Shown: positions 27,726 through 36,185 of the stretch, piece by piece
Position numbering within the stretch: the stretch's first letter is position 1
Layout of the letters: each line of letters starts with the position of its first letter
NCBI GenBank assembly: GCA_028289445.1
Contig: JANQPO010000017.1
Location: forward strand, 287,537 to 351,536
Source: Tepidamorphaceae bacterium
Lineage (GTDB): Bacteria; Pseudomonadota; Alphaproteobacteria; Rhizobiales; JAKSCL01
Direction: 5' to 3'
DNA: 64,000 nt
The notes under the pieces: model-generated
Told to the model about the DNA's origin: nothing
Databases searched by the model: none
What the model saw: only the letters and a program-made list of their open reading frames with translations
Made by a program: the position numbers and the translations under genes

Positions 27726-28516
27726 CCGACGGAACGATAAGAGCCAGTAGCCCACAATTTGGCGTCGCACTGATCACTATCGATCGGCCGGAGAAGCGCA
27801 ACGCGTTGACACCGGATATGATTACAGCCTTGCACGATGCGTTCGACCGTGCGGACGCCGACCCTGACACGCGCATCATTATCCTCACGGGTGCCGGCGA
27901 CACCGCGTTTTGCGCCGGCCATGACATCAAAGCGATCGAACCGGGAGATCTCGGCCACCTCTATGAGGAAGCGCATATGCGGGTGTTTCTCCGGCCGCGC
28001 GATACGATGAAACCCGTCATCGCCGCCATCAACGGTTCTGCCTATGCCGGTGGATTCTGCTTGGCGATCGCCAGTGACATTCGTTTGGCGACGCCGGACG
28101 CGACGTTCGGTGTGCCGGGGGCGAGACTGGGCATCGTACCGATCGCCGGGCAATCGTCGCGCCTGCCGCACTTGCTCCCCGCTGCGATCGTCAACGAGAT
28201 GGTCATGACCGGAGAGCCGTTGAGCAGCGGCCGGGCATACGACTTCGGCTTCGTCAATGACATTGTCGCAAGCGACGAACTCATCGACCGCGCGCTGGCC
28301 AAGGCCTCCACGATGGCCGAACTGTCGCCTGTTTCGCTGCAATCCTACAAGCGTATCGCGCAGACGACGCTCTTTCGCAGCGTGTCCGAGGCCGATGCAA
28401 TGGAGTACTGGTTGGCGATGGTTGCAGGGCAGGGCGAGGATGTCCGCGAGGGTCTTGCCGCCTTCGCCGAGCGCCGCAAACCCCGGTTCAAGGGCACAGG
28501 GAACACGCCCTCATGA
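27722..28516 (+). CDS. enoyl-CoA hydratase/isomerase (crotonase fold)
   Basis: ITIDRPEKRNAL and GAGDTAFCAGHDI motifs. ATGA overlap with the ligase stop. Confidence 0.88.
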   Translation: MTDGTIRASSPQFGVALITIDRPEKRNALTPDMITALHDAFDRADADPDTRIIILTGAGDTAFCAGHDIKAIEPGDLGHLYEEAHMRVFLRPRDTMKPVIAAINGSAYAGGFCLAIASDIRLATPDATFGVPGARLGIVPIAGQSSRLPHLLPAAIVNEMVMTGEPLSSGRAYDFGFVNDIVASDELIDRALAKASTMAELSPVSLQSYKRIAQTTLFRSVSEADAMEYWLAMVAGQGEDVREGLAAFAERRKPRFKGTGNTPS

Positions 28517-28986
28517 CCTTGCTCACACCGGAGGTTCTGGCGTGGGTCGGGCGCGCGATCGAATTCGAGAGCGATCCCATATCGGTGAGCGAGGCCCGGC
28601 GTTTCATTGCCGCCTCCGGTGACGACAATCCTCTCTATGCGATCCCGGACGATCCGAACAATGAGACATCCATCCCGGTGCCGCCGATGCTCTACTACGG
28701 CGCGACGCGACCGCTCGTTCCGGCTTCGGCTATGGCCGAGGACGGCACCGTGCATGAGCACCGGCCGATGATCGGCTCCGGTCAGACCATGGGGGGCAGC
28801 GTTGAGATGGAGTGGCTGTGCCCCTTACGGATTGGCGACCGCCTAGGCGGAACACGCACGCTCAAGTCTTTGACGGAGAAGCATGGAAAGACACGGCATT
28901 TCGTTATCGCCGAATGGGAGACCGAATATCGCGATCAGGCGGGCAATCTGGTCGTGCGGGAGCGCTATGAGCAGCTATTGTTCTAA
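28513..28986 (+). CDS. hotdog-fold protein, MaoC-dehydratase N-terminal-like (FAS1-like) subunit
   Basis: 157 aa. EARRFIAASGDDNPLY... resembles the non-catalytic N-terminal half of double-hotdog hydratases. ATGA overlap with the crotonase stop. Confidence 0.7.
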   Translation: MTLLTPEVLAWVGRAIEFESDPISVSEARRFIAASGDDNPLYAIPDDPNNETSIPVPPMLYYGATRPLVPASAMAEDGTVHEHRPMIGSGQTMGGSVEMEWLCPLRIGDRLGGTRTLKSLTEKHGKTRHFVIAEWETEYRDQAGNLVVRERYEQLLF

Positions 28987-29425
28987 ACCGGCCCTGTCGA
29001 TCGACACCGCCGGACCCGGCGATGTGTTGGCACCACTGACCAAGCGCCCCAGCGGCGTGGACGTAGTCCTGTTCTGTGCCGCGATCCGCAACTTCCACCG
29101 CTTCCACTACGATCAAGACTACACACGCGCACAAGGCATGGGCGATTTGATCGTGCCGGGTTTCATGATGGGTAATTGGTGCATTGAGGCTGCGTCGCGC
29201 GGCTTTGACGAGCCGGTTCATGTCCGCCGGCTGCGCTTCAAAAATTTAGCGGTCGCTCCAATCGGCGGCAGCTATCTGGTGAACGGGAAGGTGGTCTCGA
29301 TCGGGGCCGACGAGGCCGAACACCGATTGATAAACTGTCAGTTCGATGTCCTGGGCGATGATGATCGATTAGTGACAACCGGACAGGTAGACCTGGTTGC
29401 TGCGGAAGCCTATCGGGCCTCCTGA
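28967..29425 (+). CDS. hotdog-fold protein, MaoC-like (R)-hydratase subunit
   Basis: In-frame ATG at 28967 (MSSYCSKPAL...) overlaps the preceding gene by 20 nt. ...AAIRNFHRFHYDQDYTRAQG... is MaoC-like. The ORF-track start at 28883 lies inside the previous gene. Confidence 0.7.
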   Translation: MSSYCSKPALSIDTAGPGDVLAPLTKRPSGVDVVLFCAAIRNFHRFHYDQDYTRAQGMGDLIVPGFMMGNWCIEAASRGFDEPVHVRRLRFKNLAVAPIGGSYLVNGKVVSIGADEAEHRLINCQFDVLGDDDRLVTTGQVDLVAAEAYRAS

Positions 29426-29447
29426 GAAGGTTGTGGCTTCTGCCGCC

Positions 29448-29476
29448 GTTGATTGTCTCTTATTCTGATAATCAAC
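29448..29476. promoter_or_regulatory. inverted repeat GTTGATT-N15-AATCAAC upstream of the exported esterase gene
   Basis: Arms at 29448-29454 and 29470-29476 in the AT-rich 88-bp spacer. It could be an operator or a weak hairpin. Confidence 0.25.
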
Positions 29477-29516
29477 ACGAACATGCTGATATGTAGAACA
29501 AAGATGGGAGAACGTG

Positions 29517-30464
29517 ATGAACAGACGCGAAGCACTGAAGGTTGGAGCGATTGCCGGATTGACGGGCGCTGTAACGTCGATGACGGCGGAGGCTGTCAAC
29601 GCCCAGTCCACAGCGAGCGGCGTGACTTTCGTGTTCGCCCACGGTTCATGGCATGGCGCATGGTGCTGGGCCAATGTCATTCCTCATTTGGTGGCGGCTG
29701 GGCACAACGCTATTCCGCTTGATCTACCGGGACACGGTTTGGACGCGAAGTTCCCGCCGTCTTACTTCAAGCGACCGCTGGATGCGGATGCGTTCGCCGC
29801 CGAGAAATCGCATATGGCGGACATCGGGTTGGATGCCTATACGGATGCGGTTGTCGGTGCTGTCGAACAAGCCAAGGCCGGCGGCGCTGAGCGCGTCGTT
29901 GTTGTTGGCCATTCGATGGGCGGTGTTCCAATCACATTCGCCGGCGAGAAGGCCGCCGAGCAGATCGACACGCTTGTGTTCCTGACCGCCTGCATGATGC
30001 CACCCGGCAAGCCTTGGGCGGAGTATTTCGCCGTCCCATCCCAAGGCGACGCGCTGCTTGGACCGGTGCTGATAGGGGACCCCGGCGTAACCGGGGCGCT
30101 ACGCTGGGACCCGTTGTCGACCGACCGGGACTATCTTGCGGCGGCCAAAGCGGCGTTGGCGCACGACGTCGACGATAATGTGCTGGCGGCCGCGATGAAC
30201 CTTTTGACGCCCGACGCGCCGGCGGCGATTTACGGCGTGGCGCCGGAGTTGACCGGTGCGGGTTACGGGTCCCTGGAACGCGTCTTCATTAAATGCAGCC
30301 AGGATTGGACCATACGCCCCGGAACGCAGGATTTGATGATCGCCGATCTGGACGCCGCCTATCCGGACAACCCGACCAAGGTTCTGGACATCGACACAAG
30401 CCATGAGGTGATGCTGTCCAAACCCAGGGAACTCGCGGACGCGTTGCTATCCGTAGCAGGCTAG
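29517..30464 (+). CDS. Tat-exported alpha/beta hydrolase of the SABP2/methylesterase/HNL-like family
   Basis: Twin-arginine signal MNRREALKVGAIAGLTGAVTSMTAEAVNAQ. FVFAHGSWHGAWCWANVIPHLVAAGHNAIPLDLPGHG closely resembles the plant MES/SABP2 N-terminus. Nucleophile elbow GHSMGG and C-terminal DTSHEV. GGGAG lies 6 nt before the ATG at 29517. Confidence 0.8.
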   Translation: MNRREALKVGAIAGLTGAVTSMTAEAVNAQSTASGVTFVFAHGSWHGAWCWANVIPHLVAAGHNAIPLDLPGHGLDAKFPPSYFKRPLDADAFAAEKSHMADIGLDAYTDAVVGAVEQAKAGGAERVVVVGHSMGGVPITFAGEKAAEQIDTLVFLTACMMPPGKPWAEYFAVPSQGDALLGPVLIGDPGVTGALRWDPLSTDRDYLAAAKAALAHDVDDNVLAAAMNLLTPDAPAAIYGVAPELTGAGYGSLERVFIKCSQDWTIRPGTQDLMIADLDAAYPDNPTKVLDIDTSHEVMLSKPRELADALLSVAG

Positions 30465-30492
30465 CGGCCCGGCCAATTCCTATATCCAGGCT

Positions 30493-31380
30493 CTAGTCGG
30501 CGGTTGTCATCACAGGTGGTTGCATCGGCACATCCATCAGATCTTCGCCGACGACGATCGGGCCCTGATAGATATGTGCCATTTCTGCGACCATGCGCTC
30601 GCGGACGCTCGGGACGTCGAGGTCCGGCTGCAGATGGGTCAGAACCAGCATGCCAACGCCAGCCTTTTGCGCAACCTCGGCATTGTCGAGATGCGAGCCC
30701 GACATGATCCGGTACTCGGGACTGGCTTCCTGGCCTGACAGGAAGTGGTTCATCAGGATTAGAACGTCTGCCCCTTTGGCGAAGTCGATGAAGGGTTTGA
30801 AAACGCCGCCGGTGTCGCCTGAGTAAACCAATACCTCGTCGTCTGCCTCAATGCGGTACGCAATGCAGTCAAGCGTCGGCTGGACGTGTTGCGTTGGCCC
30901 GACGACCACCCGCCAGTTGCGTCCCTCGATCACGTCGCCGGGGGCCACCTGTCGCGGGTCGAAACGCGGACCGGGACGCGGCCCGTTGCCGCCACGCACC
31001 TCGAACACGGATTGCGATGCCGGGCTATGGGTGCGTGCATAGATGTCCGGAGCGAATGCGCCTTCAGGGCCGAAAAAGCCGTCCAGGATTGCATCCAGCG
31101 GGTTGGGCCCAAAGACCTTAAGCGGTGCCTGATCCGACGGGCCGTGGTCCCAACGTGTCAGCGCCAGTCGTGGGACATCGAGAATGTGGTCGTAGTGATA
31201 ATGCGTCAGGAACAGATGACCGACATCGCGCGCCCGAAGCCCTGCCTCCAAGAACCGGCTATGCGCGCCAGGCCCATGATCGAAAACCAGCAGCTCACTG
31301 CCGATTTGGACGACATATCCGGAGCCCTGCCGCCGCAACGAAGGAGCCGGCGTCCCGCTGCCCAAGATCTTTACTTGCAT
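30493..31380 (-). CDS. MBL-fold metallo-hydrolase
   Basis: HxHxDH motif THYHYDH; 295 aa with an RNase Z/AtsA-like N-terminus (KILGSGTPAP). Confidence 0.82.
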   Translation of the reverse strand: MQVKILGSGTPAPSLRRQGSGYVVQIGSELLVFDHGPGAHSRFLEAGLRARDVGHLFLTHYHYDHILDVPRLALTRWDHGPSDQAPLKVFGPNPLDAILDGFFGPEGAFAPDIYARTHSPASQSVFEVRGGNGPRPGPRFDPRQVAPGDVIEGRNWRVVVGPTQHVQPTLDCIAYRIEADDEVLVYSGDTGGVFKPFIDFAKGADVLILMNHFLSGQEASPEYRIMSGSHLDNAEVAQKAGVGMLVLTHLQPDLDVPSVRERMVAEMAHIYQGPIVVGEDLMDVPMQPPVMTTAD

Positions 31381-31393
31381 CGGTCGATTCCCC

Positions 31394-33409
31394 CTACATC
31401 ACATCGTGTGCCGCGATCGGATGCCGCCGACTGGCCCGGTGGCGCTCCATCGCAAACAGGATCACGATTACGGCCAGACCAACCAAACGCATTGCAGCAT
31501 TCGGCCAGGCGAGCAGTATCGCGGTACCAATCATGGCCCCTCGCATCGGCCACGACATGCCGTCGACAAACGCCGTGCCGGTAAGAGCCGCGTTCAACGC
31601 CACAAACAGGGCCAGCAGCGCCAAAAAGGCGAGGGCTCGGTCGAACCAGCTTCCCTCAAGCATCAGCAATTCGGGCGAAACGACGAAAAGAATCGGCAAC
31701 ACGAACCCCGGCAGCCCAAGGCGCGTCGCGCGCAATGCGGTCGCCATATAGTTGCCACTGGCGATCTTTGATCCGACGAGCGCGGCCAAAGCGACCGGCG
31801 GCGTGATCGCCGACATGTTCGCGTAGAAGAACACGAACATATGAGCGGCAAGCAGGTGTACGCCGAACTCAACCAGAGCCGGGGCGCCTAGAACCGCGAC
31901 GATCGAATAGGCTGCGGGTGTCGGCATGCCGAGCCCGAACACGAGACAAGACGATGCCGCCAACAGCAACAGGACCCAAAGCTCTCCACCGGCCATGGCC
32001 AGTATGAGGTTGGACAGCTTTTGGGCAAAGCCGGTGATGGTCATCATGTCGACGATGATGCCGATGACGGCGATTACGACCGCGATTTGAGCGGCATTGC
32101 CAACGCCTTCATAGAGTCCCGACAGCACACGGCGGCAGGTGGCGCGCGCACCCTCAATCGGGCGAGCGCGATGGATGAAAAGTTGCTTGGCAAACTCGGC
32201 TGTCACGATGAAAACACTGGCCAAAATACCGGCGTGGGCGGGCGGCACGTTGATGACCAGCAGATAGATCAGCAGGGCGAGACCGGCGATCAGGTGCGCA
32301 TATTGGCGCACCTCTGCGCCGAGCCGCAGCGTTTGGGCGGCCTCTTCGCCCGGATCGATGCCTTTCAGTCCGCCGGCAACCGCAGTGAAGTGGACCGCGA
32401 TCAGCAGGTTGCCGTAGTAGATCAGCGCGGGCATCAGCGCCGCCGCCATGACAGTCGGGTAGGAGATTCCAGTCAATCCGACGATCAAAAAGGCGGTCAA
32501 TCCCATGATCGGCGGCATGAACTGCCCGCCGGTCGAGGCAACCGCTTCAACTGCGCCTGCCTGCTCGGGAGCGAAGCCGTTTTTCTTCATGATGGGGATG
32601 GTGATCGAACCGGTGCTGGCGACGTTTGCCACCGTGCTACCGGAGATCATACCCATCATGCCACTGCCGATGACCGCTACCTTGGCGGGTCCGCCCGCGG
32701 TGCGCCCGCTGAGGCGCCCGGATACGCTGAGAATGAAATCAATGCCGCCGGTCGATTTCAAAAGGCCGGCAAAAATCATGAACACGAAGATCAGCGAACC
32801 GGAAAACCCCGTCATGGAGCCAAGTAGGCCCTGGAAGAAGGGGATAGACGTATAGGAAATCAGTCGTTCGAACCCGATCCCACTGTGATAGAAGAGGTCG
32901 CTGTCGAGTAGGTATCCGAAGCTGCCATAGACCAGGGCCACAATGGCGAGCGTCGGGATCGTGATGCCCCAGGCGCGGGTCGCGGCGACCAGAGCCAGCA
33001 CGAGCAGCACGCAGCCAACCACCAAATCGCCCAGCGATGGCCCGAACATACGCTCGCTGACGAGGGCATCGAAGACCGAGTAAACATAGATGAAGCAGGC
33101 CAGTGCCGCGGCGGCCATGACCCATCCGGCCCAACGCCAGACCTGTCGTTGTGCAAGCTGCGCCTGCAGCAGAAAGATAACAATCAGACCAAGGCCTAGA
33201 TGAAGTGCCTTGAACTGACCCGATGGCAGAACCAGCCACCAAAGCTGGATGACGTGGCTGATGACCATGAACAGCACGACGCCCATGAGAAGCAAAGAAC
33301 TGCTCCGGACGCGCCCGGACGAGGTTCTTGAAAGTGTGTCCGGGAGCCAGCGCGCGGGCTCGCTGCCCTCGCGTTCCATGTTCGGACCAGACGCTGTGCG
33401 TGGCACCAA
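31394..33409 (-). CDS. TAXI-type TRAP transporter fused permease
   Basis: 671 aa and highly hydrophobic throughout, immediately downstream of a TAXI-type SBP gene. The exact start is uncertain. Confidence 0.82.
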   Translation of the reverse strand: MVPRTASGPNMEREGSEPARWLPDTLSRTSSGRVRSSSLLLMGVVLFMVISHVIQLWWLVLPSGQFKALHLGLGLIVIFLLQAQLAQRQVWRWAGWVMAAAALACFIYVYSVFDALVSERMFGPSLGDLVVGCVLLVLALVAATRAWGITIPTLAIVALVYGSFGYLLDSDLFYHSGIGFERLISYTSIPFFQGLLGSMTGFSGSLIFVFMIFAGLLKSTGGIDFILSVSGRLSGRTAGGPAKVAVIGSGMMGMISGSTVANVASTGSITIPIMKKNGFAPEQAGAVEAVASTGGQFMPPIMGLTAFLIVGLTGISYPTVMAAALMPALIYYGNLLIAVHFTAVAGGLKGIDPGEEAAQTLRLGAEVRQYAHLIAGLALLIYLLVINVPPAHAGILASVFIVTAEFAKQLFIHRARPIEGARATCRRVLSGLYEGVGNAAQIAVVIAVIGIIVDMMTITGFAQKLSNLILAMAGGELWVLLLLAASSCLVFGLGMPTPAAYSIVAVLGAPALVEFGVHLLAAHMFVFFYANMSAITPPVALAALVGSKIASGNYMATALRATRLGLPGFVLPILFVVSPELLMLEGSWFDRALAFLALLALFVALNAALTGTAFVDGMSWPMRGAMIGTAILLAWPNAAMRLVGLAVIVILFAMERHRASRRHPIAAHDVM

Positions 33410-34426
33410 CTAGGTTGTCGCGATGGTCAACTCGTCGCGCCACACGCCCTTCTCTTGATAGAACTGGGCTGCACCGGCGTTGACCGGATGGCCAACGAGC
33501 AGACTTGCAACCGCATTTTCGAGCGTGACGCCGGCAAGCGGCGTACCGAACGAACGCACCGCATCGTCGTTTTCGAGGATGGCTTTCGTGATCGCGTAGC
33601 CTTCCTCGGCCGTTACGGTTGTATCCGCGCCCAGCACGCCGGCAAGGGCAGGGACACGGATTGTTCGGTCGAGGGCCGGCCACATATCGGGCGTGAGCTC
33701 CGAAACGAGGATGCCGGCATTGCGGGCATTGGCCGCTTTTAACACCTCCTCGGAAAACTCCAGCGCCCTTAAGGGCGTCGTGGCCTCCGCCTTGGTGATG
33801 ACGCCGATCGGCGTGCCATTCGTGAAGACGCCATGCACGCAATCGATCTGTCCGAGCCCGAAATTGTCGTAGACCTCGCCCCAGGCGCCATAGATGAAGT
33901 CGATCTCGTCCAGAATCCCAGCCTCTTCGAACAAGATGCGCGCCATCGATGCGGCACCGCTACCCGGCTTCGATGGGGAATAGCTGCGACCGCGGAGATC
34001 GGAAATCTGCTGAATGTCGGAATCGGCGCGCACGAGCGGTGGGTTTTTCCACTGTACATAGGCCAGTAGCTGATTGGCTTCGATCGGGCCGGGGAAAGGC
34101 GCGTCACCCGCTTTGGCCGCCACCCAGTCAAGCGAGGTCGTGTGGGCCACGTCGAGCTCGTCACGGCCCATCAGGACAAAGTTCTCGGTCGTGCCTGCCG
34201 TCGCTTGCACGGCACTTCTAATATCTGTGTATTTGTTGGACACATTGGCCAGCGCTTCCAGGATGACATATCCCGACGAGCCCAGGCTCGAAGAGCCCCA
34301 GCGCAACCTGCGTTGTTGAGCCAGAGCCGGCAACGGCGCCATCGCCGCCGTCAAACCCATAGCAGAGGCGCAGGTGATGAATTTCCGTCGATCGATGCTG
34401 TTTGCCTGAACGTTCGCGCGTGTCAT
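33410..34426 (-). CDS. TAXI-family TRAP transporter solute-binding protein (Tat signal)
   Basis: The true start is ATG 34426 (MTRANVQANSIDRRKFITCASAMGLTAAMAPLPALAQ). The ORF-track start at 34528 is an extension into the AT-rich promoter region. Confidence 0.8.
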   Translation of the reverse strand: MTRANVQANSIDRRKFITCASAMGLTAAMAPLPALAQQRRLRWGSSSLGSSGYVILEALANVSNKYTDIRSAVQATAGTTENFVLMGRDELDVAHTTSLDWVAAKAGDAPFPGPIEANQLLAYVQWKNPPLVRADSDIQQISDLRGRSYSPSKPGSGAASMARILFEEAGILDEIDFIYGAWGEVYDNFGLGQIDCVHGVFTNGTPIGVITKAEATTPLRALEFSEEVLKAANARNAGILVSELTPDMWPALDRTIRVPALAGVLGADTTVTAEEGYAITKAILENDDAVRSFGTPLAGVTLENAVASLLVGHPVNAGAAQFYQEKGVWRDELTIATT

Positions 34427-34502
34427 CTGCCGTCTCCCTGCACAGTGCGGTTCGATTGCGGTCGCGCTGCAATGTTGCCGCGTCCCGAGAATAATAAAAG
34501 AC

Positions 34503-34537
34503 ATAAATCGGATGTATCGGTTATACACATAAGATAT
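34503..34537. promoter_or_regulatory. two ATA-N9-TAT (T-N11-A) LysR-type boxes spaced 20 bp apart
   Basis: ATAaatcggatgTAT at 34503-34517 and ATAcacataagaTAT at 34523-34537, in the divergent spacer between the TAXI SBP gene and the LysR gene. Confidence 0.4.
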
Positions 34538-34560
34538 AGCTCATTTACGAAGAGATCGCG

Positions 34561-35463
34561 GTGAAACTGCAACAGCTACGCTATTTGATCGCCGTCGCAG
34601 AGGAAGGCAGCATGTTGCGCGCAGCGCGGCGTGTCGGCATCGCGCAACCGGCTTTGGCACAGCAGCTGACGGCGCTGGAAGCCGGCCTTGGCGCCAAGCT
34701 TCTCAGGCGCGGGCCGCGCGGGACGCGCCTGACGCGTGGCGGAAAAATCATGGTGGACCACGCTCGCGCCATCGTTGAGCAGGTTTCCGCCGCCAAACAG
34801 GACGTTCTTGAAGAGCATGACACGGTTGCTGGCGAAGTTTCTTTGGTTATTGCCAGTGCGATTTCCGAAGCCGTCGTGCCTCAACTGGTGAAGCGCATTC
34901 GAACCGATTTCCCCTCGGTCATTTTGCGTATTCAGGCCGCCGATAGCGGTACGGTGGAAACGGCGCTGCAAAACGCGCGCGTCGACATGGGCGTGCTGCC
35001 GCACCACGATAAGCTGACGGGCGTCAACTCCAAGCCGTTTCGCGAGGAGCCGTTGTGTCTTGTCAGCGCGCCAACAGAAGGTGGCGGCAGTGACGCGACG
35101 CACGCTGACATTGCGTTCCGCAACGCGATCGATGGACCATTGGTCTTGGTGGAGAAAAACAACCCCTTGCGTGGTGCGCTGGAACTTCTGGCGCACAACA
35201 TCGGCGTCACACTCGATGTCCAGATCGAGACCAATTCACTGCTGATGATCCGCAGCTACGTGGAAAGCGGCGCGGTCAGTTCGATTCTGCCGTATTGTGC
35301 AGTTGCCGAGAAGGTTCAATTGGGCGCCCTTCGATCCCAGCAGATTACCGATCCGTCGATCTCGCAGACATATCTTGTCGCGTGGCCCAAGACGCGACCG
35401 CTTAGCCGGGCCGGTGAGGCGGTGGTTGAAACACTGCTGCAATCCGCGGTGTTGTCTAAGTGA
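34561..35463 (+). CDS. LysR-family transcriptional regulator
   Basis: GTG start. HTH ...LRYLIAVAEEGSMLRAARRVGIAQPALAQQLTALE...; 300 aa. Confidence 0.9.
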   Translation: MKLQQLRYLIAVAEEGSMLRAARRVGIAQPALAQQLTALEAGLGAKLLRRGPRGTRLTRGGKIMVDHARAIVEQVSAAKQDVLEEHDTVAGEVSLVIASAISEAVVPQLVKRIRTDFPSVILRIQAADSGTVETALQNARVDMGVLPHHDKLTGVNSKPFREEPLCLVSAPTEGGGSDATHADIAFRNAIDGPLVLVEKNNPLRGALELLAHNIGVTLDVQIETNSLLMIRSYVESGAVSSILPYCAVAEKVQLGALRSQQITDPSISQTYLVAWPKTRPLSRAGEAVVETLLQSAVLSK

Positions 35464-35672
35464 ACCGGATCATCAAGCAAGTTTGGTTCGGCCAGAAGGT
35501 GATTGGGGTTCTGGAGCGAACGTTCGCCTCACGTCGATTTATCGGCTGCCCGCAAGATCATTTCGCGTTCTGCATCGATAAGGCGATCTGTCGGCGCCTG
35601 ATGTATGCGGCGGGCGCTATCAGAGACGATTGAGAACGTAAGTCGATCGCCGCTATTGACGTCGTGTATGCG

Positions 35673-35786
35673 ATGGAGTCGTTGTCGAACATAGAAAGAA
35701 CAAGCGCCGAGATAACGACAACCTACGACGGAAGAGCAGTTGCCAGCTTTGTACTCGACTTCTGCGATAGCAGAGGCGCGAGCTAA
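35673..35786 (+). pseudogene. 37-codon remnant resembling the N-terminus of a Panacea/DUF4065 (GepA/SocA-like) protein
   Basis: MESLSNIERTSAEITTTYDGRAVASFVLDFCDSRGAS* resembles, from memory, the ..YDaRAvANyfLD....G..LT.. start of DUF4065 proteins. It stops at 35784-35786, and no frame continues the homology. Confidence 0.2.
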
Positions 35787-36185
35787 CTGTAATTGATGCC
35801 ATGGATGTTTCGAGGGTTAGCAACGACCGTAAGAAGGAAATGCTCGAGCTATTTGCTGACGGGTATTATCAGGCTCTGGAGGACTTGTCAGGCTGCACGC
35901 CGCCTCGGGAAGATCGTCCCGACGATCGTCCAGACCCAGATCAACCCTCATTTCCAGGGTTTTAGTGAAGTCGAGTAGGATGAGTTCTCTGACTCGTTCT
36001 GGCTAGCGCCTATTCAGAAACTGGCATTGTGAATATTGTATGCGGTTCTCTTAGCACTATATCGACGACTTTTTTGTTTGATCGTCCCACCCGATGCGGC
36101 CGTCGCTGAAGTCCCTGATCTTGAACCAAATCCGCTTCGTTCGAGTGGTTCAATCCCGCCGCATAAGGCTTTAGGATCGCAGCCT

